IMG/VR virus record: IMGVR_UViG_2684623229_000001
Location: 24,692 to 88,691 of that record
Length of the DNA: 64,000 nucleotides
Direction: 5' to 3' (one strand)
Origin: a virus
Taxonomy: Duplodnaviria; Caudoviricetes
This document shows, piece by piece, positions 28,967-39,530 of the stretch. Under the pieces are notes generated by a model that was given only the letters and a program-made list of their open reading frames with translations, was not told the origin of the DNA and did no database searches. Numbering within the stretch: position 1 is the first letter of the stretch; every line of letters starts with the position of its first letter. Position numbers and translations under genes: made by a program.

Positions 28967-30247
28967 ACCCAAATTTTGTGTAATTAACATCTGGTTTGAA
29001 ATGTCTATGGCTTTATCTGCTTCTAATCCATATGAATTTAAAACAGTAGTTAACCCATCAACTGCAGTGGATGTTTCTGTAAAGCCACCCTTTGCAGCTT
29101 TTACTGCTACATCTAAGAAATCAACTGCTTTAGCAGTATCTACTGAGCCGGAAATAGCTTGATATAAAGATTCATTTAATTCTTTAGTACTCATTCCCGT
29201 TTTATTAGAAAGGTCAATTACTCCTCTTTTTAAATCTTCTATTGGAACTTTTGTAGTATCTGCAATTGTACTTACCTTAGCAGCACCAGTTTCAAAGTCA
29301 AACGCAAACTTAGTTGCTGCAGTACCGGCACCTATAATAGGAAGAGTAACATGAGTTGTAAGTTTATTACCTATACCTTGAAGTGTATCTCCTACTTTAT
29401 CAAATGTTTCATATTTTTTATCTATCTTTTCAAATTCATTACCTAGTATTTTCAGCTTACCAGCAAAAGTAGTAGCTTCTTTTTCTGTCTTTTTTAGTTC
29501 AGAGCCAAGTTCTGCATGAGCTATTTTTAAATCTAGTATTTTGCCTTTATATTCTTCAACTTCTTTAGAATCTTTACCATATTCCTGTTCTACTTCTTTT
29601 AAAAGAGATTCATGTTTCTTTATTTCACTATCTAGTAAAGACATTTCTTTTTTTAGTTTATTCATCTTTTCAGAATTATCAAATATACCTTTGCCGCTTT
29701 TTTCTTGAGTTAAATCAAGCAGTTTATAAGATTTTTCTAAGTTACTTATTTGAGTGCTTGTTTTTTGATAACCTTCATCAAGATTTTTCAATTTATCAGC
29801 TACAGTAACTGTAATTTTACTAGCTTTCTCTAGTTCTTGTGACAATTCTGAGTGCTTTAATTTTAAATCTAATACATGAGATTTATAATTTTCATATTCT
29901 TTTGAGTTCTCGCCGCATTTTTTACCTATGTCTTCTAAAGTCTTTTCAGACTTTTTAATCTCATCATCTAGTAACTTCATACTAGATTTATAAGCTTCAA
30001 TTTTTTTACTATTATCTTCTAAGCTTTTACCACTGGCTTTATTAGCATTTTCCCAAAGCTTATAACTTTTCTCTATATTAGATACTGCAGTATAAACTGA
30101 CTTATCCATTATAGAGCTAGATTCTTGAGCTTTAGTTTGTAGCTTATAAAAGCCCTGTATCGCTTTTGATACAGAGCTTTCAAACTTATCTAGTCTTAAA
30201 TCAAGACTGGAATATATACTCCCTAATTCTACACCTATGTTATTCAC
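28967..30247 (-). CDS. Tape measure protein, exon 1
   Basis: TP901-type TMP core (G..LT..VTLPI.G.G.AA.K, YQAISG, LTTVLNSYG). Confidence 0.9.
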
Positions 30248-30307
30248 CTCCTATTTTGAGGTATAAAAAAAGAACCGCATAAGCGATTCTTTTAATATAT
30301 TATATTT

Positions 30308-30937
30308 TTATTTTATTAACTTTGCTGCTCTAAAATATGGCAATGCTTTCAAATTTGCTTTAGCCTCTTTGTTATTTGGATCTAATTTAATAGCTTCTTC
30401 TGAAAGACTAGCAGCTTTGTCCAAATCTTCTGTTTTATTTCCTTTACCATACATATACATACGTGCTAATTGATTTAAAGAAAGACTAGCTAATTGGTTT
30501 CCTCTTTCCTTACCAAAATATATTTTCCACTTACCATTATCATTTACAACATATCTCTTATATGTTAATTTTGATTCTTTATTTTCATAAAGATCTTCGC
30601 CTTTTCTAGTGATATTAAATTCTGCAATATTCTTAAATTCTATATCCTCTAAGCTACCTTTGAATTCTTTAACTTTTTCAACTCTTAGATCCTTTAATTT
30701 ATATATTTCTTTTTCAGTATTTATCCACTTAATAAAATCTTGTTTTCTAAAATCTTTTTTACTTTCTTCACACAAAGTTTCATAAGCACCTTCTGCATCT
30801 CCATCTTTTATACTGTCGTAATAAGCATTTAAAGTTTCTTCTGGTCTTCCTTTTGGAGCACAACCCACTAATGCTATTAATGTAAAAGATAAAATAAGTA
30901 CAAATAACAATGAAATTTTATTAAATATTTTCTTCAT
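30308..30937 (-). CDS. Lipoprotein moron with C-terminal TPR-like repeat
   Basis: Lipobox LVGC; AIKLDPNNKEAKANL; own upstream spacer and downstream terminator at ~30265-30292. Confidence 0.75.
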   Translation of the reverse strand: MKKIFNKISLLFVLILSFTLIALVGCAPKGRPEETLNAYYDSIKDGDAEGAYETLCEESKKDFRKQDFIKWINTEKEIYKLKDLRVEKVKEFKGSLEDIEFKNIAEFNITRKGEDLYENKESKLTYKRYVVNDNGKWKIYFGKERGNQLASLSLNQLARMYMYGKGNKTEDLDKAASLSEEAIKLDPNNKEAKANLKALPYFRAAKLIK

Positions 30938-31012
30938 GCAATCCCCTCCAATATGTAAATATATATTAATTATATAACATATATTACAATATTGGAACGG
31001 TTACCCTAATCA

Positions 31013-31598
31013 TTACCCTAAAAGCATCTTTAATCCTGGATTATCTTTTCTATCTTTGTTTTTACTTTCAAATCGTGGTTTTTCTCCATTCTCTATTCTA
31101 TATATAAACTCTGTAATAGCCTCATCAATGCAGTAAGCTGCATACTCATTTTCAATTCTTAATACCTCACTTGGTGTCTTATGATACATCTTCACCATTG
31201 TCATTAGACTTATTATCTTTTGACTTTTTACGAAATGGCTCCAAGGTTTGCACCCCGTGCACTGCAAAATTATATATTATTATTTTTTGTTCATCTGTCA
31301 TTCCTATAGCTTCCTGAACTTCTTTAAATCTTGGCTCAACCATTGTTGTTTCACAAAATAGTTCAGCAAGTTCATTAACAGTTTTTAAACTATCTTCATC
31401 TTTTCCTCCTGGACCTTTGCCTTGGAATAAATCTATTACAGGTCCCATAAGTGGATTAGGTATCTTACCTTTAGCTGCTAAATCTAATAAATTAACTCTT
31501 TGTAATTTAACTGTAAATGTATCTTCCACATCCCATCCAGGTAATTCTACTTCTATATATTTTTTAGCTTTTAATTCCTCTATATTTGTTACCACCAT
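31013..31598 (-). CDS. Tail assembly chaperone pair (gpG 31179-31598; gpGT by frameshift to 31013)
   Basis: Two overlapping ORFs between major tail and TMP; second lacks a convincing start. Confidence 0.75.
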
Positions 31599-31655
31599 AC
31601 TAATTCCTCCTAAAATTTAAATTTAATAAAGAGAGCATATTATAGCTCTCAGTTT

Positions 31656-32282
31656 TTAAGGTTCTTGATTATCTATAATGTTAGATTCTTTTTTACTCTC
31701 TTCTATGTCTTCCGGTAATGAATCAACGAAATCTATGGATTTTATAGGCAATTTAGCTTTAGTATTTTCCCTACATTTAATTTCAAATTCTGGTGAAAAG
31801 AAGTCCTTTTTAAATCCCATTTTAAATGCTTTTCCAGTACATTTGTTAAACGTTACTTTAGCATAATTCTTAATATCTTCACCTTCATAATTTGCCACAA
31901 ATATATCAGCTTTAAATGGTTTTATTTTAGAACCTTCACTAAGCATTGGTGTATCATATCCCACAATTTTAGTAGGATCATCTTTATCATAACGAATTTT
32001 TCCACCTTCAATTAATGCTGCTACTGTTAATTCAAATGTTGTATTTTTCATTTTCAATTTATAACCATATACTAAGTCTGGAGTACTAGCTGTAGCTAAT
32101 ATCTTTTGATCATCCCTTAGCTGTTTTTCTTGTCCTTGTGATATCTCTGGATCTGTTTCTACTTCGCTATCGCATTGAATATTAATTGGCTTTCCACCAC
32201 TTAATGGTAACCCTGTAAGTTCATCTAATGGTGTTAAAATTACTTTTTTAACATTATATAAAATTTCTCCTGTTGTACTCAT
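31656..32282 (-). CDS. Major tail protein
   Basis: Position, size, beta-rich composition. Confidence 0.7.
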   Translation of the reverse strand: MSTTGEILYNVKKVILTPLDELTGLPLSGGKPINIQCDSEVETDPEISQGQEKQLRDDQKILATASTPDLVYGYKLKMKNTTFELTVAALIEGGKIRYDKDDPTKIVGYDTPMLSEGSKIKPFKADIFVANYEGEDIKNYAKVTFNKCTGKAFKMGFKKDFFSPEFEIKCRENTKAKLPIKSIDFVDSLPEDIEESKKESNIIDNQEP

Positions 32283-32285
32283 AAT

Positions 32286-32624
32286 TTAAATTACCTCCTT
32301 CGGTATTTTGTATTTTAATCTTCTAAAATAAGCTTTCTTTTCATCATCTATAAACTCCGGTGTAATATCACCTGTGAATTCTAATTTTTCATTTAAGGGT
32401 TTCTGGACCTTGTTTAACATTTCATCAAGTACAGTTATATCTCCTAAAGGAGCATATAAAAAAACATGAACAAACTGCCAACCACATTGACTGTTATTCA
32501 TGCTTGATAATTGATTTTCAAATTTTAAAACTACGTAAGGTTTTATGCACTCTCCTTCATGTTCTCCAATTGCATAACAAGGATATATAGGATCTACTAA
32601 GTCAAATATTTCTTTCCTTGTCAC
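32286..32624 (-). CDS. Tail terminator/completion protein
   Basis: Position; PYVV motif. Confidence 0.6.
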   Translation of the reverse strand: MTRKEIFDLVDPIYPCYAIGEHEGECIKPYVVLKFENQLSSMNNSQCGWQFVHVFLYAPLGDITVLDEMLNKVQKPLNEKLEFTGDITPEFIDDEKKAYFRRLKYKIPKEVI

Positions 32625-32625
32625 A

Positions 32626-33000
32626 TCATATCACCCCTACCGAATCAACAATTTTCTTCCATCCATCAATAAACTTAGGAGCAAACTCTTGTATAGCTCT
32701 TTCAAGTATTGCATATTTACCTTCATTGCATAATTCAAGATAAACTCCATAATCTACTTGATGGCTTAATGCAACCATTAATGTATTGGTATTTGTCCAT
32801 TTTACAGTGGCTGTTAAAAATAACCTTGCGTGAGCCGTTCTATCCGTCCATACTACATTTTCTTTAGCCCATTTTTCCATCTCCATGGCTATATTTTGAG
32901 CATCTAGTGCAAGAGCCGCTTTAAACTTTGGAGTAAATTCTTTTAACTTTTCCATAGCTTCATCTAATCCATGCATTTCTAGTTTACAACCATCAGCCAT
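32626..33000 (-). CDS. HK97 gp10-like neck protein
   Basis: AK....W.DRT..AR and Y..YLE motifs. Confidence 0.7.
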   Translation of the reverse strand: MADGCKLEMHGLDEAMEKLKEFTPKFKAALALDAQNIAMEMEKWAKENVVWTDRTAHARLFLTATVKWTNTNTLMVALSHQVDYGVYLELCNEGKYAILERAIQEFAPKFIDGWKKIVDSVGVI

Positions 33001-33361
33001 TCTTAATCACTTCCAAATCGCTATTATAGACATCCTTAATAATCATTCCTGGATAAGTTACTATATATTTATAACCATTAGCTTCAAAGTAATCTCCCTC
33101 TTTTATTTCTATTCCTTCAGTTACTGCAAACATTGAAATACCTCTAGTTCTTTTAACAGTTCCAGATTCTTTTACATTATCTAAAATTAAATTATGCTTA
33201 GTATCATCAAGAAATATATCTAATTCAGCTACTTTATTGGGCTTTTCTGTACCACCTCTCATACCATTACTTGTATTTATATTTCTCATAAGAATTATAT
33301 GTGTTGGCCTTTTAGCTATACTCTTCTTAGCCTGCAATTTTATTCTCTCTACATTTATCAT
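32993..33361 (-). CDS. Head closure protein
   Basis: Position; IKEGD...G..Y.V motif. Confidence 0.55.
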   Translation of the reverse strand: MINVERIKLQAKKSIAKRPTHIILMRNINTSNGMRGGTEKPNKVAELDIFLDDTKHNLILDNVKESGTVKRTRGISMFAVTEGIEIKEGDYFEANGYKYIVTYPGMIIKDVYNSDLEVIKNG

Positions 33362-33666
33362 TGACCATCAGCTCTCCCCATTGATGTTTTATAGCCAATA
33401 TTATTCCTGTTCCCTGATAAGCTTCTTTCATAATCACTTTTATATTGTTCGGCAAGTCCTAACCAATAATCTCTATTGCTTTCGGTTTTAAGAGGTCCAA
33501 GATTCGTTCCATCATCAGCAGTAGCTTTTAATAAACAGCCTTTCCAACTAGATTTAAGTACATCATTTTCATTGTTTTCTAGTAATATTTGAAGTTCAGC
33601 ACCCTCAAAATAAGGATATTGTCTTTCCTGCAAATTAAATTTTAATAATTCAATAGGTGTAGCCAT
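33358..33666 (-). CDS. Head-tail adaptor
   Basis: Position and size. Confidence 0.55.
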   Translation of the reverse strand: MATPIELLKFNLQERQYPYFEGAELQILLENNENDVLKSSWKGCLLKATADDGTNLGPLKTESNRDYWLGLAEQYKSDYERSLSGNRNNIGYKTSMGRADGQ

Positions 33667-33668
33667 AC

Positions 33669-33875
33669 TTATTCACCATCATTTTCTTTTGGTATTTCTA
33701 TTTTAGCATATTTTTTTAACTCCTCTAAGTCACATTCTTTAACTTCAAACTCTTCATCAACTTTAATATGTTTACCTTCATATTTTATATATTGCTTTGC
33801 CTTAGCTTTAAAAGTTTTTTCTTTTACCTTTCCCTCTTCCATGGTATCTATATTTTCTTCTTTCGACTTTGCCAT
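33669..33875 (-). CDS. Small head-associated protein
   Basis: Follows the major capsid gene; AAAGGAG SD. Confidence 0.5.
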   Translation of the reverse strand: MAKSKEENIDTMEEGKVKEKTFKAKAKQYIKYEGKHIKVDEEFEVKECDLEELKKYAKIEIPKENDGE

Positions 33876-33931
33876 ACTAAAAATCTCCTTTCTTATATAA
33901 AACTAAAGAGCAGCCATATTGACTACTCTAA

Positions 33932-34984
33932 TTAATATACTGTTGCAAAGAATACTTCATCTGCTCTATCAAAACTTACAATAGGCATAACTGATACTTT
34001 TGTATCTACTGTAACTGGATCCTCTTTAACCATAGTTGTAACTGCAATTCCTGTGTCAACCATATAAGTATCCAGTTTAGATGACCCTGATTGTTTATCA
34101 AATTCTTCTGGAGTTGTACCATAAACGGTATTACCCAAAGTTGTTCCACTCATAAGTGTTATTTTGCCATCTGCATAGTATGGAACTGGATCAGCACCCT
34201 CATATGGAATATAAGTAGCATCTTCTAAAAATACAACTGTTAATTGAAGTACCTCTTTAACAAATTGAATATAATTTGCTTGACTTAATATTAGTGAAGT
34301 ATTTAAATTACTATTTTTAATATGATTAGTAATAGCTTTATTAACTAAGAATGTACTATCAAAGGTATTTTCTGTTAGCAATAATGTTTTAGGCTTTGCA
34401 TATTGGTCATTTGTAATAGCTTTCTGCCATGCTTTAATATCTCCTATAATATCAGCATCAGGATTTGCCCACTTATCTGTACCTGTTAGCACCTCTCTAT
34501 GATTAGATGGTACTCCATAATCTACTACAATATCTCCATCATCCGAAGTGAAATTTAATAATCCATTTTGAATTACTGATGATCTCATTTTCTTTGAAAT
34601 TATATTTGCTCCATCTATTAAATTAGAATAGTTCTCAAACACCTGTCCTAATAATGCATTTACAAAATTCTCATTATTTGCTCCTATTGCATTTTGTAGA
34701 TCTCTTCTAGTTGTTTCATCTATCCCCATACCTTCTTTGAAGAATGGTATTTCAGTTGACTTTACATTTAAATCAGCACTTAATGCTCTCATTTTTGTAT
34801 TTGCATCAAAAGTACTCATTTTTAGAGCTATTGGCTTCTTTTTAGCACCTTTAGCCATTTCTAACTTTGTACCACTAACTTTTTTATCAGGGAATAGAGC
34901 TTTATCTATTGTTTGTTCTACTGGTAGCTCTTTAATATAAAGAGCTATGTTTTTTGAATTAATATAATCTCTTAAATTAGGCAT
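33932..34984 (-). CDS. Major capsid protein (Phage_cap_E-like)
   Basis: LFP..K, P.FKE, VDYGVP, W.N...D.I.DI, G.T.YG.TPEE; start MPNL after AGGAGG. Confidence 0.85.
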   Translation of the reverse strand: MPNLRDYINSKNIALYIKELPVEQTIDKALFPDKKVSGTKLEMAKGAKKKPIALKMSTFDANTKMRALSADLNVKSTEIPFFKEGMGIDETTRRDLQNAIGANNENFVNALLGQVFENYSNLIDGANIISKKMRSSVIQNGLLNFTSDDGDIVVDYGVPSNHREVLTGTDKWANPDADIIGDIKAWQKAITNDQYAKPKTLLLTENTFDSTFLVNKAITNHIKNSNLNTSLILSQANYIQFVKEVLQLTVVFLEDATYIPYEGADPVPYYADGKITLMSGTTLGNTVYGTTPEEFDKQSGSSKLDTYMVDTGIAVTTMVKEDPVTVDTKVSVMPIVSFDRADEVFFATVY

Positions 34985-34997
34985 ATATAAATCCTCC

Positions 34998-35390
34998 TTA
35001 CTCTCCAAAAATTATTTGTTTTAATGCTGCCATTTCAACTTTTTTAATAGCTTCATCTGAATTAAACTTAACTGCATCTTCATATAAGGCACCATGGACA
35101 AATACTGGCACTACTTCTGTTGCATCATCTTTATCTTCTGTTGGTGACATTGAACCTTTGAAAGATATATCTTGATATACAACACCAAATACATCTGTTT
35201 CACTTGAAGTTGAAGTTACTTTTTTACCATCTTTAGTAATTAAAGTACCTGCTAAAAGCACCTCATTTTCATCTAAAAGTGGTTTTACATCACCTTTTCT
35301 TATTTTAATAGGCAATGAAATAAAATGATCTCCAGCTATTAATCTTAGCTTATTTTGTTTAGCTCCTATTGTATAACTTGACTGTCTCAT
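34998..35390 (-). CDS. Head decoration protein
   Basis: AGT.I and V..HG motifs; between scaffold and MCP. Confidence 0.65.
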   Translation of the reverse strand: MRQSSYTIGAKQNKLRLIAGDHFISLPIKIRKGDVKPLLDENEVLLAGTLITKDGKKVTSTSSETDVFGVVYQDISFKGSMSPTEDKDDATEVVPVFVHGALYEDAVKFNSDEAIKKVEMAALKQIIFGE

Positions 35391-35410
35391 TTGCCATCAC
35401 TCCTTTATTT

Positions 35411-36025
35411 TTATTTAGCAAAGTCTGTTAAACTTTTTGCTTTCATATTTTCTGCTCTTTGCTTTCCTAATTCACTTGCAAAATTAGTTTTATTTGATTC
35501 TGGATCATTATTACCACCAGTATTAAATGCACCTGTTCCTTTAACTTCTTTTTCGAATAAGAAATCATGTGATTGTTTAAGCGGTTCTATTTGTTCTTTA
35601 AGACCTATAACTGTATCCCCATCAACTTTTAACTTTTCTCTATCTATAAGTGCCATAATTAACTTTTTATCCTTAACATTAAAATCACCTAATCCTTTTT
35701 CCAAAGCATTATTAAAAGCAATATCACTTAATTGTTTCTCATAAGTTTCTTTTTGTGTTTTATTATCTAATTCTAATTTATCTACTTTTTCTTTTAATCC
35801 ATCAACGTCTTTATATTGTTCTTTTAAGTTTTTTAGTTGAATATCTCTTTCACCAACTTGTTTTTTATATTCCTTAGCCTGTTCATTTACTTGGTCAAAT
35901 CTAGCCTTAGGAATGAAAGCACCTCCTGATACATCCTCAAAATCCTTATCTTTATATTCTTTTTGCTTATCTGCTGGAAGTTGCTTAAATAACTCTTCTC
36001 CTATTATTTTTTTTAAAATTGCCAT
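35411..36025 (-). CDS. Capsid scaffolding protein (GP20-like)
   Basis: FIPKARFD.VN; GL.EQI..LK.S..FLF. Confidence 0.8.
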   Translation of the reverse strand: MAILKKIIGEELFKQLPADKQKEYKDKDFEDVSGGAFIPKARFDQVNEQAKEYKKQVGERDIQLKNLKEQYKDVDGLKEKVDKLELDNKTQKETYEKQLSDIAFNNALEKGLGDFNVKDKKLIMALIDREKLKVDGDTVIGLKEQIEPLKQSHDFLFEKEVKGTGAFNTGGNNDPESNKTNFASELGKQRAENMKAKSLTDFAK

Positions 36026-36138
36026 TGTTCTAATTCCTCCTACTCCCTAAAAAAGATGAAAATAAAAAAAGCTATACAATCTTTAGCTTTTAAAATAATC
36101 TCAACTTTTTAAATTTTTCAATAATTAATAGTTTTTAC

Positions 36139-36323
36139 TCCGTAGTAATTGTTTCTATTATCTTTTTAGAATTTTCTACGCACATATCCTCCCATTTTTA
36201 CTTTTTATAAATAAATCAACCAAGTGAAGATTCCCTTCGTTGAGATATTCAATATACCTTCTAATATATTTTAATAAATCACTATGTTTCTTATATGTCA
36301 TTATAGCTACTTCATATCCCATT
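36139..36323 (-). pseudogene. Possibly frameshifted small gene
   Basis: AGGAG-led MGYEVAIMTY... stops early; a second frame (RRYIEYLNEG...ITTE) continues. Confidence 0.3.
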
Positions 36324-36428
36324 AAATTCACTCCTTTTTAGATAAAATAAAAAAGCCTCATTTCCAAGACTTACACTTTGTACCCCTTTCTCAAATATGG
36401 TAAAATTTTGTTGAAGGGAGGTGATTTT

Positions 36429-36596
36429 ATGAGTAACTTAATTAAACCCGGAACAGATAACCAACCAGCTGGTAAATATAAAGAGGTTGGTCCACGTGGT
36501 GGAAATGTTCCTAAACCAAAAACTGTAACTATTGATCCTGGTGATAGGCTACCACCTACACAGGAAAAAGGTCGTAAATGGGAAAAAATTAGATAG
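36429..36596 (+). CDS. YjzC-like small protein
   Basis: KPG...G.Y.EVGPRGG...GDRLPPT...W; start after GGAGGTG. Confidence 0.8.
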   Translation: MSNLIKPGTDNQPAGKYKEVGPRGGNVPKPKTVTIDPGDRLPPTQEKGRKWEKIR

Positions 36597-36713
36597 CTAA
36601 ATTTCTATTCTTTTTTTCCATATGCAGAGGCAGAAACTGAATATATTTATTTGTATCCAAGCCTCTGCATATCTTTTTCCATTTTCCTTATACTTTGTGA
36701 TATAATGATGCAT
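36597..36713 (-). CDS. 38-aa phage protein (MHHYITKYKENGKRYAEAWIQIN...)
   Basis: GAGGTG SD; abuts the YjzC-like gene tail to tail. Confidence 0.55.
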   Translation of the reverse strand: MHHYITKYKENGKRYAEAWIQINIFSFCLCIWKKRIEI

Positions 36714-36753
36714 AATTTTCACCTCACTTTTAAATATATTCAATAAGTTTTAT

Positions 36754-37050
36754 TTATTTTCCATTAATCCTATTCATCTCCTTTTTGAACTCCTTTTGAA
36801 TATCATCTATATCTTTATCATCTAAAACCTTATCCACATCATTAGTATCCTTAAATTTTCTTAAGCTTTTTATTTCAATCCTTCTTTTAAGCCTCCTACA
36901 CTTAGTATTCATAACACACACTAAATGCTTTTTATTACACTTAGGACATTCATAATATACTTCTGTATACATTGCTCCTAAATACTTTTCATTAAGTCTA
37001 TCCTGTGTCATATTGAACTCTCTTTTACAATTATCACATATTACTTTCAT
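36754..37050 (-). CDS. Zn-ribbon hypothetical protein
   Basis: CDNC...CPKC. Confidence 0.6.
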   Translation of the reverse strand: MKVICDNCKREFNMTQDRLNEKYLGAMYTEVYYECPKCNKKHLVCVMNTKCRRLKRRIEIKSLRKFKDTNDVDKVLDDKDIDDIQKEFKKEMNRINGK

Positions 37051-37059
37051 ATATGCCTC

Positions 37060-38025
37060 CTATATTGCTATGCCGTATTTTTGGCCATAATTATCTAACC
37101 ATTTATCTAGTTTAGGGTTGTTTTCCCCATTAGCCCACGCTATCAATTCATCTCTAGCCTTTTCAGCTGGTATATTTTCTTGAGTAGGATAACAAAGGCA
37201 ATTAGGATGTGCTATTGGATATTTATCGGCCGGATAAATTCCAGCACCTAAATCGTAATTGTTTTGTGTTGAATACTCATCACAGATATCTTTACCGTGT
37301 CTAGCTACTTGTCTTTCATAATGACTAGGACTTAAATTCCATTTTAAACCTATATTAAAAGGATTCATTTTGGAACCTTGAACATATGTCTCATTATGTG
37401 CATGAATTAATGAAGTTCTAGCAAGCCTTTGTGACTGATAAGATATTTTACTACTCATACCAACTTCTAAAGTTTTAGGAGTTATTCTACTTAATGGATT
37501 AATATAAGCATCTAATTCCTTGGCTAATTCTCTAGCATTAACTCCACTGGCAATATTAATCTTAATAAGCCTGTCTATATCTGCAGCATTTTTATTGGCT
37601 ATATTCCACAACCTTTGATCCAATGTCCCCCCATCACTATAATAATTAACACTTATAAGCTGATTGGTTATATTAGAAGATAATTGAATGAACATTCTAT
37701 TAAAGGTACTTTTAATATCCTGCCTAGGAACTATCATATCAATATAGCTTAGCTGCACTGCACTTGCTATTTGAGAGCTAGTTAATATGCCTTCTTTTGT
37801 ATGTTTGCTTAATTTAGTTGCTATTTCTGTTGTATATTGCTTTAATATTCTATCCATTTCTATTAAATACCTAGAATTTAAAGTACCTGCCTTAGCCTTG
37901 GATAACTTATAGGATATTTGTTTACTGGCCTCTAAATATATATCTAATAGCTCTTTCTCCTGATCTTGTACAAGTCTTAGAAATTGCTTTCTACCTTCTA
38001 AAATTCTCTGCTGATATAAGTTCAT
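37060..38025 (-). CDS. Minor capsid / head morphogenesis protein (SPP1 gp7-like)
   Basis: RLART, DICD and P.AHPNCLC motifs. Confidence 0.8.
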   Translation of the reverse strand: MNLYQQRILEGRKQFLRLVQDQEKELLDIYLEASKQISYKLSKAKAGTLNSRYLIEMDRILKQYTTEIATKLSKHTKEGILTSSQIASAVQLSYIDMIVPRQDIKSTFNRMFIQLSSNITNQLISVNYYSDGGTLDQRLWNIANKNAADIDRLIKINIASGVNARELAKELDAYINPLSRITPKTLEVGMSSKISYQSQRLARTSLIHAHNETYVQGSKMNPFNIGLKWNLSPSHYERQVARHGKDICDEYSTQNNYDLGAGIYPADKYPIAHPNCLCYPTQENIPAEKARDELIAWANGENNPKLDKWLDNYGQKYGIAI

Positions 38026-39530
38026 TATTCCTCACCAGTTTTATCTATACTTTCATCTAGTTCGCTACTTATACCTTTTTGAAAAGAATCTGCCATTCTA
38101 GCCTCATTTAATCTTGCTACTTCATCTATTACTTCACTGAGAGCTTTTTCTATATCTTCTTCATTGCTAAACTCTTTCATGTAGTTTCTAATAGATCTAG
38201 CATTTTTTTCAACTTCATCAAGTGCAAGCTTCTTCTTATCCTCTTCATCAGAAGGTAATGGATAGTTATGCATAAATATAGTAGTATATTTTAAAGTTTT
38301 CCATTCTTCTTTAAAGCAGCCACAATAGCAATGCTTTGAAACCTCTATAACATATTCTATCAAATCTTTAAATACTGGCTCCCAATCATTCCATTTCTCT
38401 TCACACCTAGCAATCAAATCATTATATAAATAAATCATGGCCTTTGCTGATGGAATATTATTTAAGTCACTTATCTTAGGCATATCTAACGTTTCTTTCA
38501 TATCACTATCTGCTCTATCAAGATAAGAATCCAGTGCTGAACTACTACCCATATTGTATTCTTGTCTCTGGATAGTAGCTTGCTTCCCTTCTGCTAACGC
38601 TTCATCTCTAGTTTTTATTGCATGTACTGCATTAGGAGCTATAGTTAATCTATTTACATCATCTTCATTACCATCAATTATACTTTCAGAACCAAACATC
38701 TGGAATCTTAAAGCATCCGCAAAGTCACTATTTCTTTTATTATATTGATTTTGTGCATCTCTTAAGTCTGTAATGTCACTTTCACCAAAAGTATTATTAA
38801 GTTCTCCACCATTTCTTATAAGCCAACATGGTATAGTAGAAAATCCTGTATCATATTCAATTTTTTCTATTAAATCTGTATTTTTGTAAGTTTCTTTTTT
38901 ATACCAAGCTTGAAGTGCTTTAGTATATTCATCTGCATTGTAATAATAAGTATGCAAATAATAAATCTTATCCTTATCTTCTTCCTTATAAACATTCATT
39001 TCATCTTCTTCAAAGAAAATAGCTTTTAACAACTTTCCATTCTTTTCTTTATAAAAGAAATTTTCTATACTTTCATATTTGATTGTAACAGGATCTCCTG
39101 GATTAGCTTCTGCTCTAAGTAGTACCCTTTTCTTTATAGTAGCTTCTAAGAATGCTTTCCTAGTATTGTTCCAGAAATTATTGTTTTCAAATACATCTTC
39201 TATAAATTTTCTTAGTTCTTCACACTGCTCTTTATCCTTTAAATCATCTGCCTTAAATATCAATGTTGGCTTCTTACCAAACATCCATCTAGCTTGTTTC
39301 TTAAGAAGTGGCTTAACTTTATTTCTTATATCTTGTGTGGGGCTATAATCAACATTATCATCTACTGGCCAATTCTGACCATATAGTGCTGGATTTTGTT
39401 TTGCTTTTTCTAAGTCTATAGATTTTCCTTTGTAATAATAGTAATCAGTAAATACACGTTTTCTTTCAGCTATTTCATTATCCGGTAACTTTAATAATGT
39501 ATCTCTTATAGTTCTTGCTTGTTTTTCCAC
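38025..39530 (-). CDS. Portal protein (SPP1 gp6-like)
   Basis: 501 aa directly after TerL; IP...I.N...GESDI. Confidence 0.8.
   Translation of the reverse strand: MEKQARTIRDTLLKLPDNEIAERKRVFTDYYYYKGKSIDLEKAKQNPALYGQNWPVDDNVDYSPTQDIRNKVKPLLKKQARWMFGKKPTLIFKADDLKDKEQCEELRKFIEDVFENNNFWNNTRKAFLEATIKKRVLLRAEANPGDPVTIKYESIENFFYKEKNGKLLKAIFFEEDEMNVYKEEDKDKIYYLHTYYYNADEYTKALQAWYKKETYKNTDLIEKIEYDTGFSTIPCWLIRNGGELNNTFGESDITDLRDAQNQYNKRNSDFADALRFQMFGSESIIDGNEDDVNRLTIAPNAVHAIKTRDEALAEGKQATIQRQEYNMGSSSALDSYLDRADSDMKETLDMPKISDLNNIPSAKAMIYLYNDLIARCEEKWNDWEPVFKDLIEYVIEVSKHCYCGCFKEEWKTLKYTTIFMHNYPLPSDEEDKKKLALDEVEKNARSIRNYMKEFSNEEDIEKALSEVIDEVARLNEARMADSFQKGISSELDESIDKTGEE

Noticed and set aside
23250-30247. 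Tape measure pseudogene, IS insertion or intein
   Set aside because: No transposase or terminal repeats, in-frame stops exclude an intein, and group I splicing restores the frame exactly
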